From assembly GCA_022561215.1 (NCBI GenBank), contig JADFRQ010000004.1:20820-84819 (forward strand): a DNA stretch of 64,000 nucleotides. Direction: 5' to 3'. Both the position numbers and the translations under genes were made by a program. The stretch is from Chloroflexota bacterium. Lineage in GTDB: Bacteria; Chloroflexota; Anaerolineae; Anaerolineales; E44-bin32. A model generated the notes under the pieces. The model saw only the letters and a program-made list of their open reading frames with translations. It had not been told where the DNA came from and searched no databases. Positions 36,706-45,227 of the stretch are shown here, one piece after another; the first letter of the stretch is position 1; each line of letters begins with the position of its first letter.

Positions 36706-38079
36706 ATGGCCAATCAAAAAATGATGGGCTACCTGCCCAACGATGTACCGCCAACAGGACAATTAATCTTGCTTGGATTTCAACACGTAATCACCATGTT
36801 CCCGGCAACGGTATTTGTTGCCTTGCTCACGGGATTCCACGTAAGCACGGTGTTGTTTGCCGCTGGTGTATCTACTGTTGTCGCCTTGCTCCTTTCAAAG
36901 AGAGGAATTGGGAAATTCATCCCGCTTTTTTATGGATCTAGCTTCAGCTATATCGGCGCCTATTTGGCGATTACCAATGCCGAGTTTGGCGTGCCTGCCA
37001 GCGACGCATTGCTCTCGCAACTCCAGGCCGGCATTCTATTTACCGGATTGTTGAATATCGTTGTTGGATTTGTGATCCGAGCAGTGGGGAAAGATGTTGT
37101 CGATAAAGTGCTGCCTCCAGTGATCACAGGATCGGTCGCCGCGGTGATTGGTTTTGCGCTCGGATTTGCGGCTCTCAACCTTGCCACTGAGAATTGGTTG
37201 GTGGCGATTATCACCCTCTTCGTGACGGTGCTATTTTCCGTATATCTGCAAGGACGCGGATTTATCGGCATGCTTCCGATTCTATTAGGCGGCGTCGTTG
37301 GTTATATCGTCGCCGCAATTTTTGGCCTGGTTGATACCAGCGCCGTAGGAACTACCGCCTGGATCGTGGCTCCACACTTTACTTTTCCCACGTTCACTGG
37401 ATCTTTGGTGGTAACTGCTATTTTCAGTGTTTCGATCATGGCAATCGCTACAATCCCCGAATCGACGGCGCATCTGTATCAGATCAGCCTTTACGTGGAT
37501 CGCACTGCCGTAGAGATGGGAAGAGAGAAATACGAACTCGACAAAAGCATCGGCTTCAACTTAATTCTCGACGGAATCGGTGACCTTATTAACGGCCTCA
37601 TGGGCTCAACAGCGGGTACGAATTACGGAGAGAACAACTCGCTGATGGCGATTACGCGCAATTACTCCGGTCCGGCGCTAATCATGGCCGGCGTAATTTC
37701 CATGCTGCTCGGCTTTGTCGGTAAGTTCTCTGCTGTGGTGAGCACGGTCCCGCTGGCAGTGAGTGGTGGACTGGCGATTTACCTGTTCGGCGTGATTGGA
37801 ATGCAGGGAATTGCCCTTATGGTCGAGAGCAAAATCAACCTATTCGATCCTCGCACCTTGGCCATTGGAGCAACCATCATGGTCATCGGAATAGGTGGAC
37901 ACATTGGTTTTCCCGGTGGCTTCCTGCCCATCCCCATCTTGGAAGGCATCTTCCCATCTGGTCTTCCGGCAATTGCAACCGGCGCTGTAGCTGGCATCTT
38001 TATGAATGCCATTTTCTTGGTATTTACGCCACCTCAAGTGGCTAGGGAAAGCGCGCCCATGACCAGTAGCGCGGACTAA
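36706..38079 (+). CDS. NCS2 family nucleobase:cation symporter (uracil/xanthine permease family)
   Basis: 457 aa and polytopic, with the LLGFQHVITMFPATV opening and the GENNSLMAITR segment typical of NCS2 permeases. Confidence 0.9.
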   Translation: MANQKMMGYLPNDVPPTGQLILLGFQHVITMFPATVFVALLTGFHVSTVLFAAGVSTVVALLLSKRGIGKFIPLFYGSSFSYIGAYLAITNAEFGVPASDALLSQLQAGILFTGLLNIVVGFVIRAVGKDVVDKVLPPVITGSVAAVIGFALGFAALNLATENWLVAIITLFVTVLFSVYLQGRGFIGMLPILLGGVVGYIVAAIFGLVDTSAVGTTAWIVAPHFTFPTFTGSLVVTAIFSVSIMAIATIPESTAHLYQISLYVDRTAVEMGREKYELDKSIGFNLILDGIGDLINGLMGSTAGTNYGENNSLMAITRNYSGPALIMAGVISMLLGFVGKFSAVVSTVPLAVSGGLAIYLFGVIGMQGIALMVESKINLFDPRTLAIGATIMVIGIGGHIGFPGGFLPIPILEGIFPSGLPAIATGAVAGIFMNAIFLVFTPPQVARESAPMTSSAD

Positions 38080-38106
38080 GCTACTCCCCCAATTCGCGCA
38101 GCCTTA

Positions 38107-38141
38107 ATCAGGAGCAGAGCACCCTGCTCCTGATTTTTTTA
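38107..38141 (+). terminator. Intrinsic terminator after the permease gene
   Basis: ATCAGGAGCAG-agcacc-CTGCTCCTGAT (11-bp stem) followed by TTTTTTT. Confidence 0.8.
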
Positions 38142-38341
38142 TTTAAGCGTACATATCCGCCTTTTTTTTGTATTAATGGACGCTACGCTCGCAATTTAAC
38201 GGCGAGGACCACGGCCTGCCTGTACTCACAAACCTCCTTACAGTCGCCTTACGCTTGCGTCACCTGGTATCGGTCCAATGTCATACTTTCTAAATACAAA
38301 TTGTCAGCGAATTAAGTAAATCGGAATTAGGAGTGTGGGTA

Positions 38342-38539
38342 ATGATTTTAGTAGATGCTTTTGGTATATTGCTAAGCGCTTTTATGGTAATTGGGTTTAT
38401 CTGGGCGCTACTAGACATGCTGTACAGGATTTCTCGCCAGCCAAAGCGAAAAGGGCCGGCTGATTGGACAAATCTCTCTTCTTATCCTCTCGTACCTGAG
38501 TTCGTCAAGAAAAAAGATTCGCCAAACTTTCGCATATAA
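38342..38539 (+). CDS. Small hypothetical membrane protein (65 aa)
   Basis: AGGAG sits 8 nt upstream of ATG 38342. There is one clear TM helix (ILVDAFGILLSAFMVIGFIWALL) followed by a basic tail. It competes with an antisense 83-codon ORF. Confidence 0.35.
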   Translation: MILVDAFGILLSAFMVIGFIWALLDMLYRISRQPKRKGPADWTNLSSYPLVPEFVKKKDSPNFRI

Positions 38540-38737
38540 TTTCGCGCAATCGTGAGCAACCCCGTATCCGCCGCGTGCTGCGGGAATCATCATCCGATGG
38601 GTATCATCCTCGGAAAAGCCAAGATGGGGGCTGCTGTCTCCTAATCCCCGCTTGTCATTCATCCCCTCAGCAAGCTTGAGCTACAACGTAGCAAGCTGCG
38701 CACATTCAGGCTTTTTCCCATAGAGGCGAAAGGTTAA

Positions 38738-39715
38738 TTATGCCTTCGCGGCGAGCACTGCAATAAAGCCGGCCAGTGCATCGGCCCCTGAAGTGTGACC
38801 AACTTTCAAAATTCGTCCAACACTGCACTCTATCGACAGATTCGAACTGTTGCCAAGTTCACCTAACAAATCATGCCAAGCTTCAACGGCTTTTCCCTCG
38901 GCCGCAGCTTCCAACCATATTCGAGACAAACGGTTTGTGCGTGACACCATCTCAGCCAGCATGGCTGATGCAAGTTCGCTGGAACGCCTGGCGCTATGCA
39001 GGATCCTCATTGCGTACAGCGCCCCAATCACAAAATCATCGCCTGACGGGGTGGAACCAACCCCCATTCCCGCCAAACCCGCAGCCCCTTCGCGACAGAG
39101 GGCGATGTCATCGTTGCGAATCCCCAGGCAGAGCAGTGAAGCGGGTTTCCAAGCCGCGGCAAGCAAGCGTGCATGCATTTGGGCATTTTCACTCGCCTTA
39201 ATCGCCTCCCCATGCACGAGCTGGGGGACGAAATCCAGAAGACTTCCCTCCATCGGATAATGTTTTGCGAATGCAGCAATGCAAGAGATCTTCCCCAACA
39301 GCTCGTTACGCCGAGAGCGAATGGCTTTCCATGGCACTCGCGAATCCCAGGGCTGTGCGTCCCGGAAGGCAACCACCAATGCTTCGACGCTCAGCTCTTC
39401 ATCTGTCACATGCACCGCGGAGGATAATTTCATCCAGCGCGAGAATGGGATTAAGGAGTCGCCGCTGTTGTTTATCGACGGAAGAATGAGATTATGTGGG
39501 CCGAGACCGATCTCAGGAGCAACGAGTGCAAGCATTTCCCCGCGCGCGTTGATAAGATTGCAAGCCATGTCAAAGATGTTAAGAATTCTTGCAGAAGTTG
39601 TGCTCGCCAACCATAGCAAGGCATCGATCGATGCCCGCTTGCTCGACCAGCGCGCAGGGTTGCTCTCAAGGGTTTCGTCTGCAAACTCTGCCAAACCGCC
39701 CGCGCCCATCGTCAT
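38738..39715 (-). CDS. DUF2877 domain-containing protein (YlbF/AllH-like)
   Basis: GVGSTPSGDDFVIGALYA motif and the N-terminal NIFDMACNLINARGEMLALV pattern. The ATG at 39715 overlaps the NmrA stop as ATGA. Confidence 0.75.
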   Translation of the reverse strand: MTMGAGGLAEFADETLESNPARWSSKRASIDALLWLASTTSARILNIFDMACNLINARGEMLALVAPEIGLGPHNLILPSINNSGDSLIPFSRWMKLSSAVHVTDEELSVEALVVAFRDAQPWDSRVPWKAIRSRRNELLGKISCIAAFAKHYPMEGSLLDFVPQLVHGEAIKASENAQMHARLLAAAWKPASLLCLGIRNDDIALCREGAAGLAGMGVGSTPSGDDFVIGALYAMRILHSARRSSELASAMLAEMVSRTNRLSRIWLEAAAEGKAVEAWHDLLGELGNSSNLSIECSVGRILKVGHTSGADALAGFIAVLAAKA

Positions 39716-40572
39716 GCCGACACTCGCTTGGTTCGCAGCACGCAATCTGCAAAAGTCGCCGGATCGCGCCCGATCAGGTGCCGCAGGGCATTCGAATTTC
39801 CCCAGAATCCGTATGTAGCGTAATACTGAAACATGGCAGTGAGTTTCTTGATAACCTCTTCATCCATTCCCGTATGGCGGGCATTTTGCTGCCAATTCAC
39901 AATGCGCTCTTCTACTGCCGCGACCTCTTGTTCGAGGATATCACTCATGATCGAAGCCATTTGCTTGGGCGTCAGGATTTCATTCCCACAAAGCTCGTAC
40001 GTTGCTCCATGATGCCCAGGAGTTGTCATTACCACGGCTGCCGCCTGAGCGACATCCAGGAGATCCACCATGCCCAATCGAGTATCGATCGGATAGGGAA
40101 CATGATATTTGCCTTCATTGATAATTCCATTCCAGCTTCCCATGATGTTTTGCATGTACGCTACTGGTTGGAGAATGGTGTACGGCAAACCAGCTTCAAA
40201 GAGCATATCCTCGACCAACAGCTTATCCCAATGATGGGGCATCGCGCGCACTTGCGGGTGAAGCACAGAGTGAAACACGAAATGTTCTACAGTATGACGT
40301 TTCGCCCACTGAATGGCTAGCTTACCCATTTCGACTTCGTAAGCGCACATATTAGGGCAAATATGATAAATCGTCCTGATACCAGAGAGCGCGCGATCGA
40401 AGGTAGATTCAAGCGTCATATCTCCGGCCAACGCCTCATGCGCACCGGCCGCCAATACAATCCCTTCCTGCTCCGGGCGACGGATCAGCGCGCGCACACG
40501 TGCGCCCGTGGCGTGCAATCCGCGGATGATGGCCTGCCCGGTTTTCCCGGCCGCCCCAGTTACGAGGATCAT
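39712..40572 (-). CDS. NmrA-family NAD(P)-binding protein (atypical SDR)
   Basis: MILVTGAAGKTGQAIIRGL Rossmann opening; NmrA-like length and layout. Confidence 0.85.
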   Translation of the reverse strand: MILVTGAAGKTGQAIIRGLHATGARVRALIRRPEQEGIVLAAGAHEALAGDMTLESTFDRALSGIRTIYHICPNMCAYEVEMGKLAIQWAKRHTVEHFVFHSVLHPQVRAMPHHWDKLLVEDMLFEAGLPYTILQPVAYMQNIMGSWNGIINEGKYHVPYPIDTRLGMVDLLDVAQAAAVVMTTPGHHGATYELCGNEILTPKQMASIMSDILEQEVAAVEERIVNWQQNARHTGMDEEVIKKLTAMFQYYATYGFWGNSNALRHLIGRDPATFADCVLRTKRVSA

Positions 40573-40617
40573 GTGAGATTTTGTCCTTTTTAATCTTTGA
40601 TTTTGGTTAAGTCGCGC

Positions 40618-41241
40618 CTATGGAGTGCCGAAGCTCTGCTTCGGCATCGCGCAAGTAGAGGCCTGAGCCGTGCTCAGATTGCGCACTCCAGAAGAACTCA
40701 TTCCACTTCTTCTACGTGTATTCGATCGGATCGGCTGCGCGAATACCTTTTCACGAAAGACTACCCTCGCGGTGTTCAGAAACCATGAGTAGCTTGAAAA
40801 TTCATAATCCTCAGGCCTATCGACATAACCGTGCTTTGAGGGATTCACATGTACATAATGCAATCTGGCGAGATAGGAACTCTCTTTTGTAATGCAGGTA
40901 TCCCAATAGTTGTACCAAACTCGACGACCCGGCATGTTGTCTGCACGATTAAGGTATTTCGCACTTATTGAATGGATGGCCTGGATCAAAGTCGATAAGG
41001 AGGGTGAGTTTTCCGGTGCTCGAGCAATAAAATGATAATTATTGGGTAAAATCGACCGAGCTTCTAATTCCCAACTCAGTCTTGCAGATTGACGAAATAA
41101 TATATCGACAAGAACCCTCTTTTTCGCATCGGTGTTTATTAGTCGCAATTTTGCATATATCGCAGCCGTAATTATATAAATACTATTCGGACGAAAAAGG
41201 TGAGGCGGCGTATGCGCGGATTCTACGAACTTTTCGTTCAT
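40618..41241 (-). CDS. IS200/RayT-like Y1 (HUH-family) transposase homologue
   Basis: The core ILPNNYHFIA...(HUH position) and LHYVHVNPSKHGYV align by eye with REP-associated tyrosine transposases (LPEHMHCIW, YIYINPVKHGWV). I start it at MNEKFVESAH; the track ORF extends to 41283. Confidence 0.8.
   Translation of the reverse strand: MNEKFVESAHTPPHLFRPNSIYIITAAIYAKLRLINTDAKKRVLVDILFRQSARLSWELEARSILPNNYHFIARAPENSPSLSTLIQAIHSISAKYLNRADNMPGRRVWYNYWDTCITKESSYLARLHYVHVNPSKHGYVDRPEDYEFSSYSWFLNTARVVFREKVFAQPIRSNTRRRSGMSSSGVRNLSTAQASTCAMPKQSFGTP
40622..40691. repeat. Structured flanking repeat, copy 1
   Basis: GGAGTGC-CGAAGCtctGCTTCGG-cat-CGCGCAAgtagaggCCTGAGCcgtGCTCAGaTTGCGC-ACTCC: the outer 7-bp stem encloses two hairpins. 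Confidence 0.8.
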
Positions 41242-41359
41242 CCTATCTATTCCAGAACGGGCCACGAATCTAGCGTGGCCCAAGCTCTAGATTTAGCTTG
41301 AGCTCTTCTCAGGTTACGCAGCAGTTGATCATTTAGCTGCCAAAAAAGGCAACACTTTT

Positions 41360-41430
41360 GGAGTGCCGAAGCTCTGCTTCAGCATTGCGCAAGTAAAGGC
41401 CTGAGCCGTGCCCAGGTTGCGCACTCCAGA
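41360..41430. repeat. Structured flanking repeat, copy 2
   Basis: Same sequence as 40622-40691 with 5 substitutions, two of which weaken the internal hairpins. Confidence 0.8.
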
Positions 41431-41473
41431 ATCCAGGATTTCCCAGTATCTTCTTCCTCTGGGAGCCTTTCTT

Positions 41474-43819
41474 CTACGCCGGCGATTGGGTTTCTCGCAC
41501 AAGCTCCCACAAGCGCCCAGGGCTCAACGGGATTTCCAAAATTTCGAAACCATCCAAGGCGAGTGCATTTTCGATCGCCTGTGCGAAGAGTGGTCCTACT
41601 GGAATCGCCCCTGCCTCACCGGCGCCCTTGATCCCCAATGGATTTAGGGGGGAAAGAGTCTCCTCATGGCCAACATCAATTCGAGGAATTTCCCGCGCAG
41701 TGGGAATCAGATAGTCCATGAATGAGCCATTTAACAATTGGCCGTTCTCATCAAAGGTCAATTTTTCGTAAAATGCATTACCGATGCCCTGCGCAACGCC
41801 CCCATGCATTTGACCATCCAGAATCATAGGATTAATCACCCGGCCACAGTCATGCACCACGACGAACTTTTGGATGTCGATCATCATCGTTTGCGGATCC
41901 ACTTCTACAATCATCGCATGCACGCCGCTTGCTGTCGTTCCCATTTCGGGGCCGAAATAATTGGTGGCCTCCAGTCCAGGTTCGGTTCCCGGCTTTACCG
42001 TCCCGCGCAGCGGATTTGCTTCAACCGCCAGCTGGCCAAGGGAAACCCCGCGCTGCGGTACACCGCGTACGAATACTTGACCACCGCGGATATCCAAATC
42101 TTCCTCGGCAACTTCAAAGCGATCGCTGGCCATGCGCAGAACCTTTGCGCGCACATCCTTTGCCGCTTCATTTATGGCATTCCCGGCAACCACGGCGCCA
42201 CGGCTGGCAAAGGTTCCGGTTCCCCAGTGAAACTGGTCGGTGTCACCGGTAACAACTTCAACATCTTCGATATCTACACCCAATTGTTCAGCCACAATTT
42301 GGGCGAAACTTGTAAAATGTCCCTGCCCCTGCGTGCCCACTCCTGTGACAACCGCAATTTTGCCGCTCGGCTGAATCTGGACCCTGGCGCCTTCGTAAGG
42401 GCCTATCCCAGTCCCTTCGACATAGGCCACGACGCCAATCCCAACGTGCCTGCCTTCAGCAGTTAACCTGGGTTGAACATTGTTCACAAAATCTATGTAG
42501 CCAATTCGTTCCAAAGCTTGATCCAAAATAGGCTCGTAGTTTCCACTGTCGTAGACCAGAGGCTGGAAGTCTTGAAAAATTATTTTGTTATCGAATGGGA
42601 ACGCATCCGCTTTAATAAAATTCTTTCGCCTGATCTCGATCACGTCCATTCCCAATTCTTTGGCCGCCAAATCCAACAATCTCTCAATGACAAAAACCCC
42701 ATGTTGCCGACCAGCGCCGCGATACGGAGTCACGATTGGTTTGTTGGTGAACACCGCAGTGAACTCACTATAGTAGTCAGGTATGTCATAAGGGCCCAGC
42801 AAGGTGCACTGACTGTTCAGCGGTACTGTTAATCCATAAGGGTCGTAGGCACCGGTGTCATGCAGAAATACATCATGCACACCAAGGATCCGACCTTCTT
42901 TGGTTAACGCGATTTCCGCGTGGTGTATTTGATCGCGCTCCTGTGTAGTCGCGACAAAATTTTCCGCGCGATCCTCGATCCACTTTACGGGTCGATTGAG
43001 CTGCAGCGCTACCCACGGAATAATCATTTCCTCAGGATAGAACATCATAATCTTTGGCCCAAATCCGCCACCGATAAAGGGTGCGATCACACGCACCTGA
43101 CTCTCAGATAATCCCAACATGCTGGCTAAACCATTACGAATGGGAATAGGGGCTTGGGTAGTATCCCAAACTGTCAGCCGCTGCGCTTTGGGATCCCATT
43201 CGGCGACAATACCCCTATTTTCCATGGCGGCTGCCGTTCCATGGTCGTAGTACAGACGTCGTTTTAGTATGATGTCTGCCTTCTCCTTTGCCTGCTGATA
43301 GTTGCCTTTTTCCTGAACCACATGTGCGGCGATGTTGGATGGAAGATCCTCATGTACAAGTGCGGATTGCGGCTCAAGCGCCTTCTCCATGTCGACTACC
43401 ACATCCAGCGGTTCATAATCGACCAAAATATCCGCCACGGCATCTTCAGCGATGTAGCGATCTTCCGCGAGCACCACCGCGATGGGTTCTCCGACATGGC
43501 GGACTTTGTCCCGGACCAGGATTTGTTGAGTGCGCTCATGGAACACAATGTTCTCAATGGGCGGTGGCGATACCAGCAACGGTCCGTTGCGCCAATATGC
43601 CCCAAGATCACTCGCCGTATAGACGGCTACAACGCCAGGGTGATCGAAGGCTTTGGATGAATCGATTTTGATGATCCTCGCATGGGCATAGGGGCTGCGC
43701 AAAAAAGCAGCATGGATCATTTTCGGGAGGTTGACATCATCCACAAATAAGGCCTGCCCCGTCAATAATCGAGGGTCCTCGCGGCGTTTAATTCGTTCTC
43801 CAAAGAAGCGTTTTTTCAT
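41474..43819 (-). CDS. Xanthine dehydrogenase family molybdopterin-binding large subunit (form-II CoxL-like)
   Basis: 781 aa of the aldehyde oxidase/xanthine dehydrogenase a/b-hammerhead plus Mo-binding architecture. The active-site loop reads TPYRGAGRQ, not the AYxCSFR of true CO dehydrogenases. Confidence 0.9.
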   Translation of the reverse strand: MKKRFFGERIKRREDPRLLTGQALFVDDVNLPKMIHAAFLRSPYAHARIIKIDSSKAFDHPGVVAVYTASDLGAYWRNGPLLVSPPPIENIVFHERTQQILVRDKVRHVGEPIAVVLAEDRYIAEDAVADILVDYEPLDVVVDMEKALEPQSALVHEDLPSNIAAHVVQEKGNYQQAKEKADIILKRRLYYDHGTAAAMENRGIVAEWDPKAQRLTVWDTTQAPIPIRNGLASMLGLSESQVRVIAPFIGGGFGPKIMMFYPEEMIIPWVALQLNRPVKWIEDRAENFVATTQERDQIHHAEIALTKEGRILGVHDVFLHDTGAYDPYGLTVPLNSQCTLLGPYDIPDYYSEFTAVFTNKPIVTPYRGAGRQHGVFVIERLLDLAAKELGMDVIEIRRKNFIKADAFPFDNKIIFQDFQPLVYDSGNYEPILDQALERIGYIDFVNNVQPRLTAEGRHVGIGVVAYVEGTGIGPYEGARVQIQPSGKIAVVTGVGTQGQGHFTSFAQIVAEQLGVDIEDVEVVTGDTDQFHWGTGTFASRGAVVAGNAINEAAKDVRAKVLRMASDRFEVAEEDLDIRGGQVFVRGVPQRGVSLGQLAVEANPLRGTVKPGTEPGLEATNYFGPEMGTTASGVHAMIVEVDPQTMMIDIQKFVVVHDCGRVINPMILDGQMHGGVAQGIGNAFYEKLTFDENGQLLNGSFMDYLIPTAREIPRIDVGHEETLSPLNPLGIKGAGEAGAIPVGPLFAQAIENALALDGFEILEIPLSPGRLWELVRETQSPA

Positions 43820-43852
43820 ACCATCCTCTCCTGAGCAATTGCAATAACTGAT

Positions 43853-44251
43853 TTAGGTTCGCCCGGAAAAATACTGCTCCAGGGGTTTGAAATAGTTATC
43901 GTCCCAACCTTCCCGGTAACTCTCACCCTGGCCCTCGGGAATTTGGGAATGCTTAAGTGTGATTTTTGTCCCCTCTGCAACTTCCTCGAAGAGGATATCC
44001 AGCGTAGAGTCTGCACTTTTCTGGGGAAATTCTGATGTTCTCCAGGATTGCCGGATGCGACGTCCGGGGTCGAGCTCGAGAATTTTCCCTTCGATATAAC
44101 CATCCCAGGCGGAATGAGATCCGCCCACTTGTGGATCAACTTGTGCCTTGCTGCCGGTAAATGCACTATGCTGCTCAGAATCTAGCCAGGCCTCATACAA
44201 AGATTTGGGTGTTGTATTGATGACCACCGATATTTCGAAGCTGTCGTCCAT
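43853..44251 (-). CDS. SRPBCC-superfamily protein (AHSA1/Aha1-like domain)
   Basis: 132 aa with FEISVVINTTPKSLYEAWLDSEQHSAFTG...GG...W.G...GKILELDPGRRI, typical of the Aha1/START-like fold. Confidence 0.8.
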   Translation of the reverse strand: MDDSFEISVVINTTPKSLYEAWLDSEQHSAFTGSKAQVDPQVGGSHSAWDGYIEGKILELDPGRRIRQSWRTSEFPQKSADSTLDILFEEVAEGTKITLKHSQIPEGQGESYREGWDDNYFKPLEQYFSGRT

Positions 44252-44276
44252 TTCGCCCTCCCCTTAATTCGTAAGC

Positions 44277-45065
44277 CTAATCATCATCCACAAATGCGAT
44301 GCAGCGGCAGAAAGCGGCTTCGCCGCCCTTAAACAACCAGGGGAAACATCCCAAGGTCAAACGTTTATTCTGCAACTCTGGAGCACCTATTTGGCCACCC
44401 AAATTTTCGACGTGGATACAGTCTTTGGGAAATAGAGCGTTATGCGTCAATTGGTAGGCAGAGTCTGGAAAATACTCCTTCATCTTGTCTTTGCCGAATT
44501 TTTCCTCGGCTTGTCGGGTAACGCGTTGCCAATGCTCCAAGCCTCCCTTACCCAGGAACCTCCCGATTGGCAGATTCATGGGGTGATCCGTGGAGATCAT
44601 ATCGACGCCCCAAATGTGAATTTTCTTCTCGATCAACCAATCGACGAGATCGAAATGGGGTCCTGGATGGCGTTGAATGTATTTTTCCTCATCCGGTTGG
44701 GATCCGTATTGACAGTGCTTATGCCACCCGGTATGAATAAAGAGAATATCCCCGTCGCGAACTTCGACGCGATCTTCAATCATCTTTGGAGTAAAAATAT
44801 CCAGCTCGTCGAGCTCATCACTTAAATCAACGATCACTCCATCGCCGTAAAGCCATTCGAGCGGAATTTGGTCGATCGTCTTTCCGTCGGTCATGAAGTG
44901 CCGCGGTGCATCGAGATGGCAACCCATGTGATTCGACGTTTGGATATACTGCGCATTGACTCCATGCTCTGCCTTACGTTTAATATATTTCACCTCGAAG
45001 GGAGGATAAAACGGCCAAAAGGGAGCTTCTTGGTCTAAAGGCTGTGATAGGTCGTAGAGTTTCAC
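44277..45065 (-). CDS. Cyclase-family metal-dependent amidohydrolase (kynurenine formamidase-like)
   Basis: The HxGxHxDxPxH motif is present as NHMGCHLDAPRHF, with a later GVDMISTD. GTG start follows GGAGGAAC. Confidence 0.85.
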   Translation of the reverse strand: MKLYDLSQPLDQEAPFWPFYPPFEVKYIKRKAEHGVNAQYIQTSNHMGCHLDAPRHFMTDGKTIDQIPLEWLYGDGVIVDLSDELDELDIFTPKMIEDRVEVRDGDILFIHTGWHKHCQYGSQPDEEKYIQRHPGPHFDLVDWLIEKKIHIWGVDMISTDHPMNLPIGRFLGKGGLEHWQRVTRQAEEKFGKDKMKEYFPDSAYQLTHNALFPKDCIHVENLGGQIGAPELQNKRLTLGCFPWLFKGGEAAFCRCIAFVDDD

Positions 45066-45103
45066 TGGTTCCTCCGGTTTCGTTGAATTAATATACCCTT
45101 TTA

Positions 45104-45204
45104 GTAATCCGTAATCAGTAACCGGTGAGCAGGATCGATCTCTTCCTGATTACTGATCACTGTTTCCTGATTACGGTTTTTCGGATTTTCTGATCCCTGA
45201 TTCC
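45104..45204. repeat. Cluster of CTGATTAC-type short repeats in the DUF1116-cyclase spacer
   Basis: CCTGATTAC occurs at 45145 and 45166, CCTGATTCC at 45196, the inverted GTAATCAG at 45111, and GTAATCC at 45104. CCGTAATCAG/CTGATTACGG form a 10-bp inverted repeat. Confidence 0.5.
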
Positions 45205-45227
45205 TGTTTACTGTTTTCTGTTTTTTG

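Larger units (their letters stand above)
40622..41430 (-). mobile_element. IS200-like / REPtron unit: Y1 transposase gene bracketed by two ~70-nt structured repeats
   Basis: The repeats at 40622-40691 and 41360-41430 differ at 5 positions and lie in the same orientation. The element sits between the coxL-like and nmrA-like genes. Confidence 0.6.

Noticed and set aside
38411-38662. 83-codon minus-strand ORF antisense to the small membrane-protein ORF
   Set aside because: It has no RBS and no hydrophobic or family signal. The plus-strand ORF has a better SD sequence and a clear TM helix, though neither is certain.
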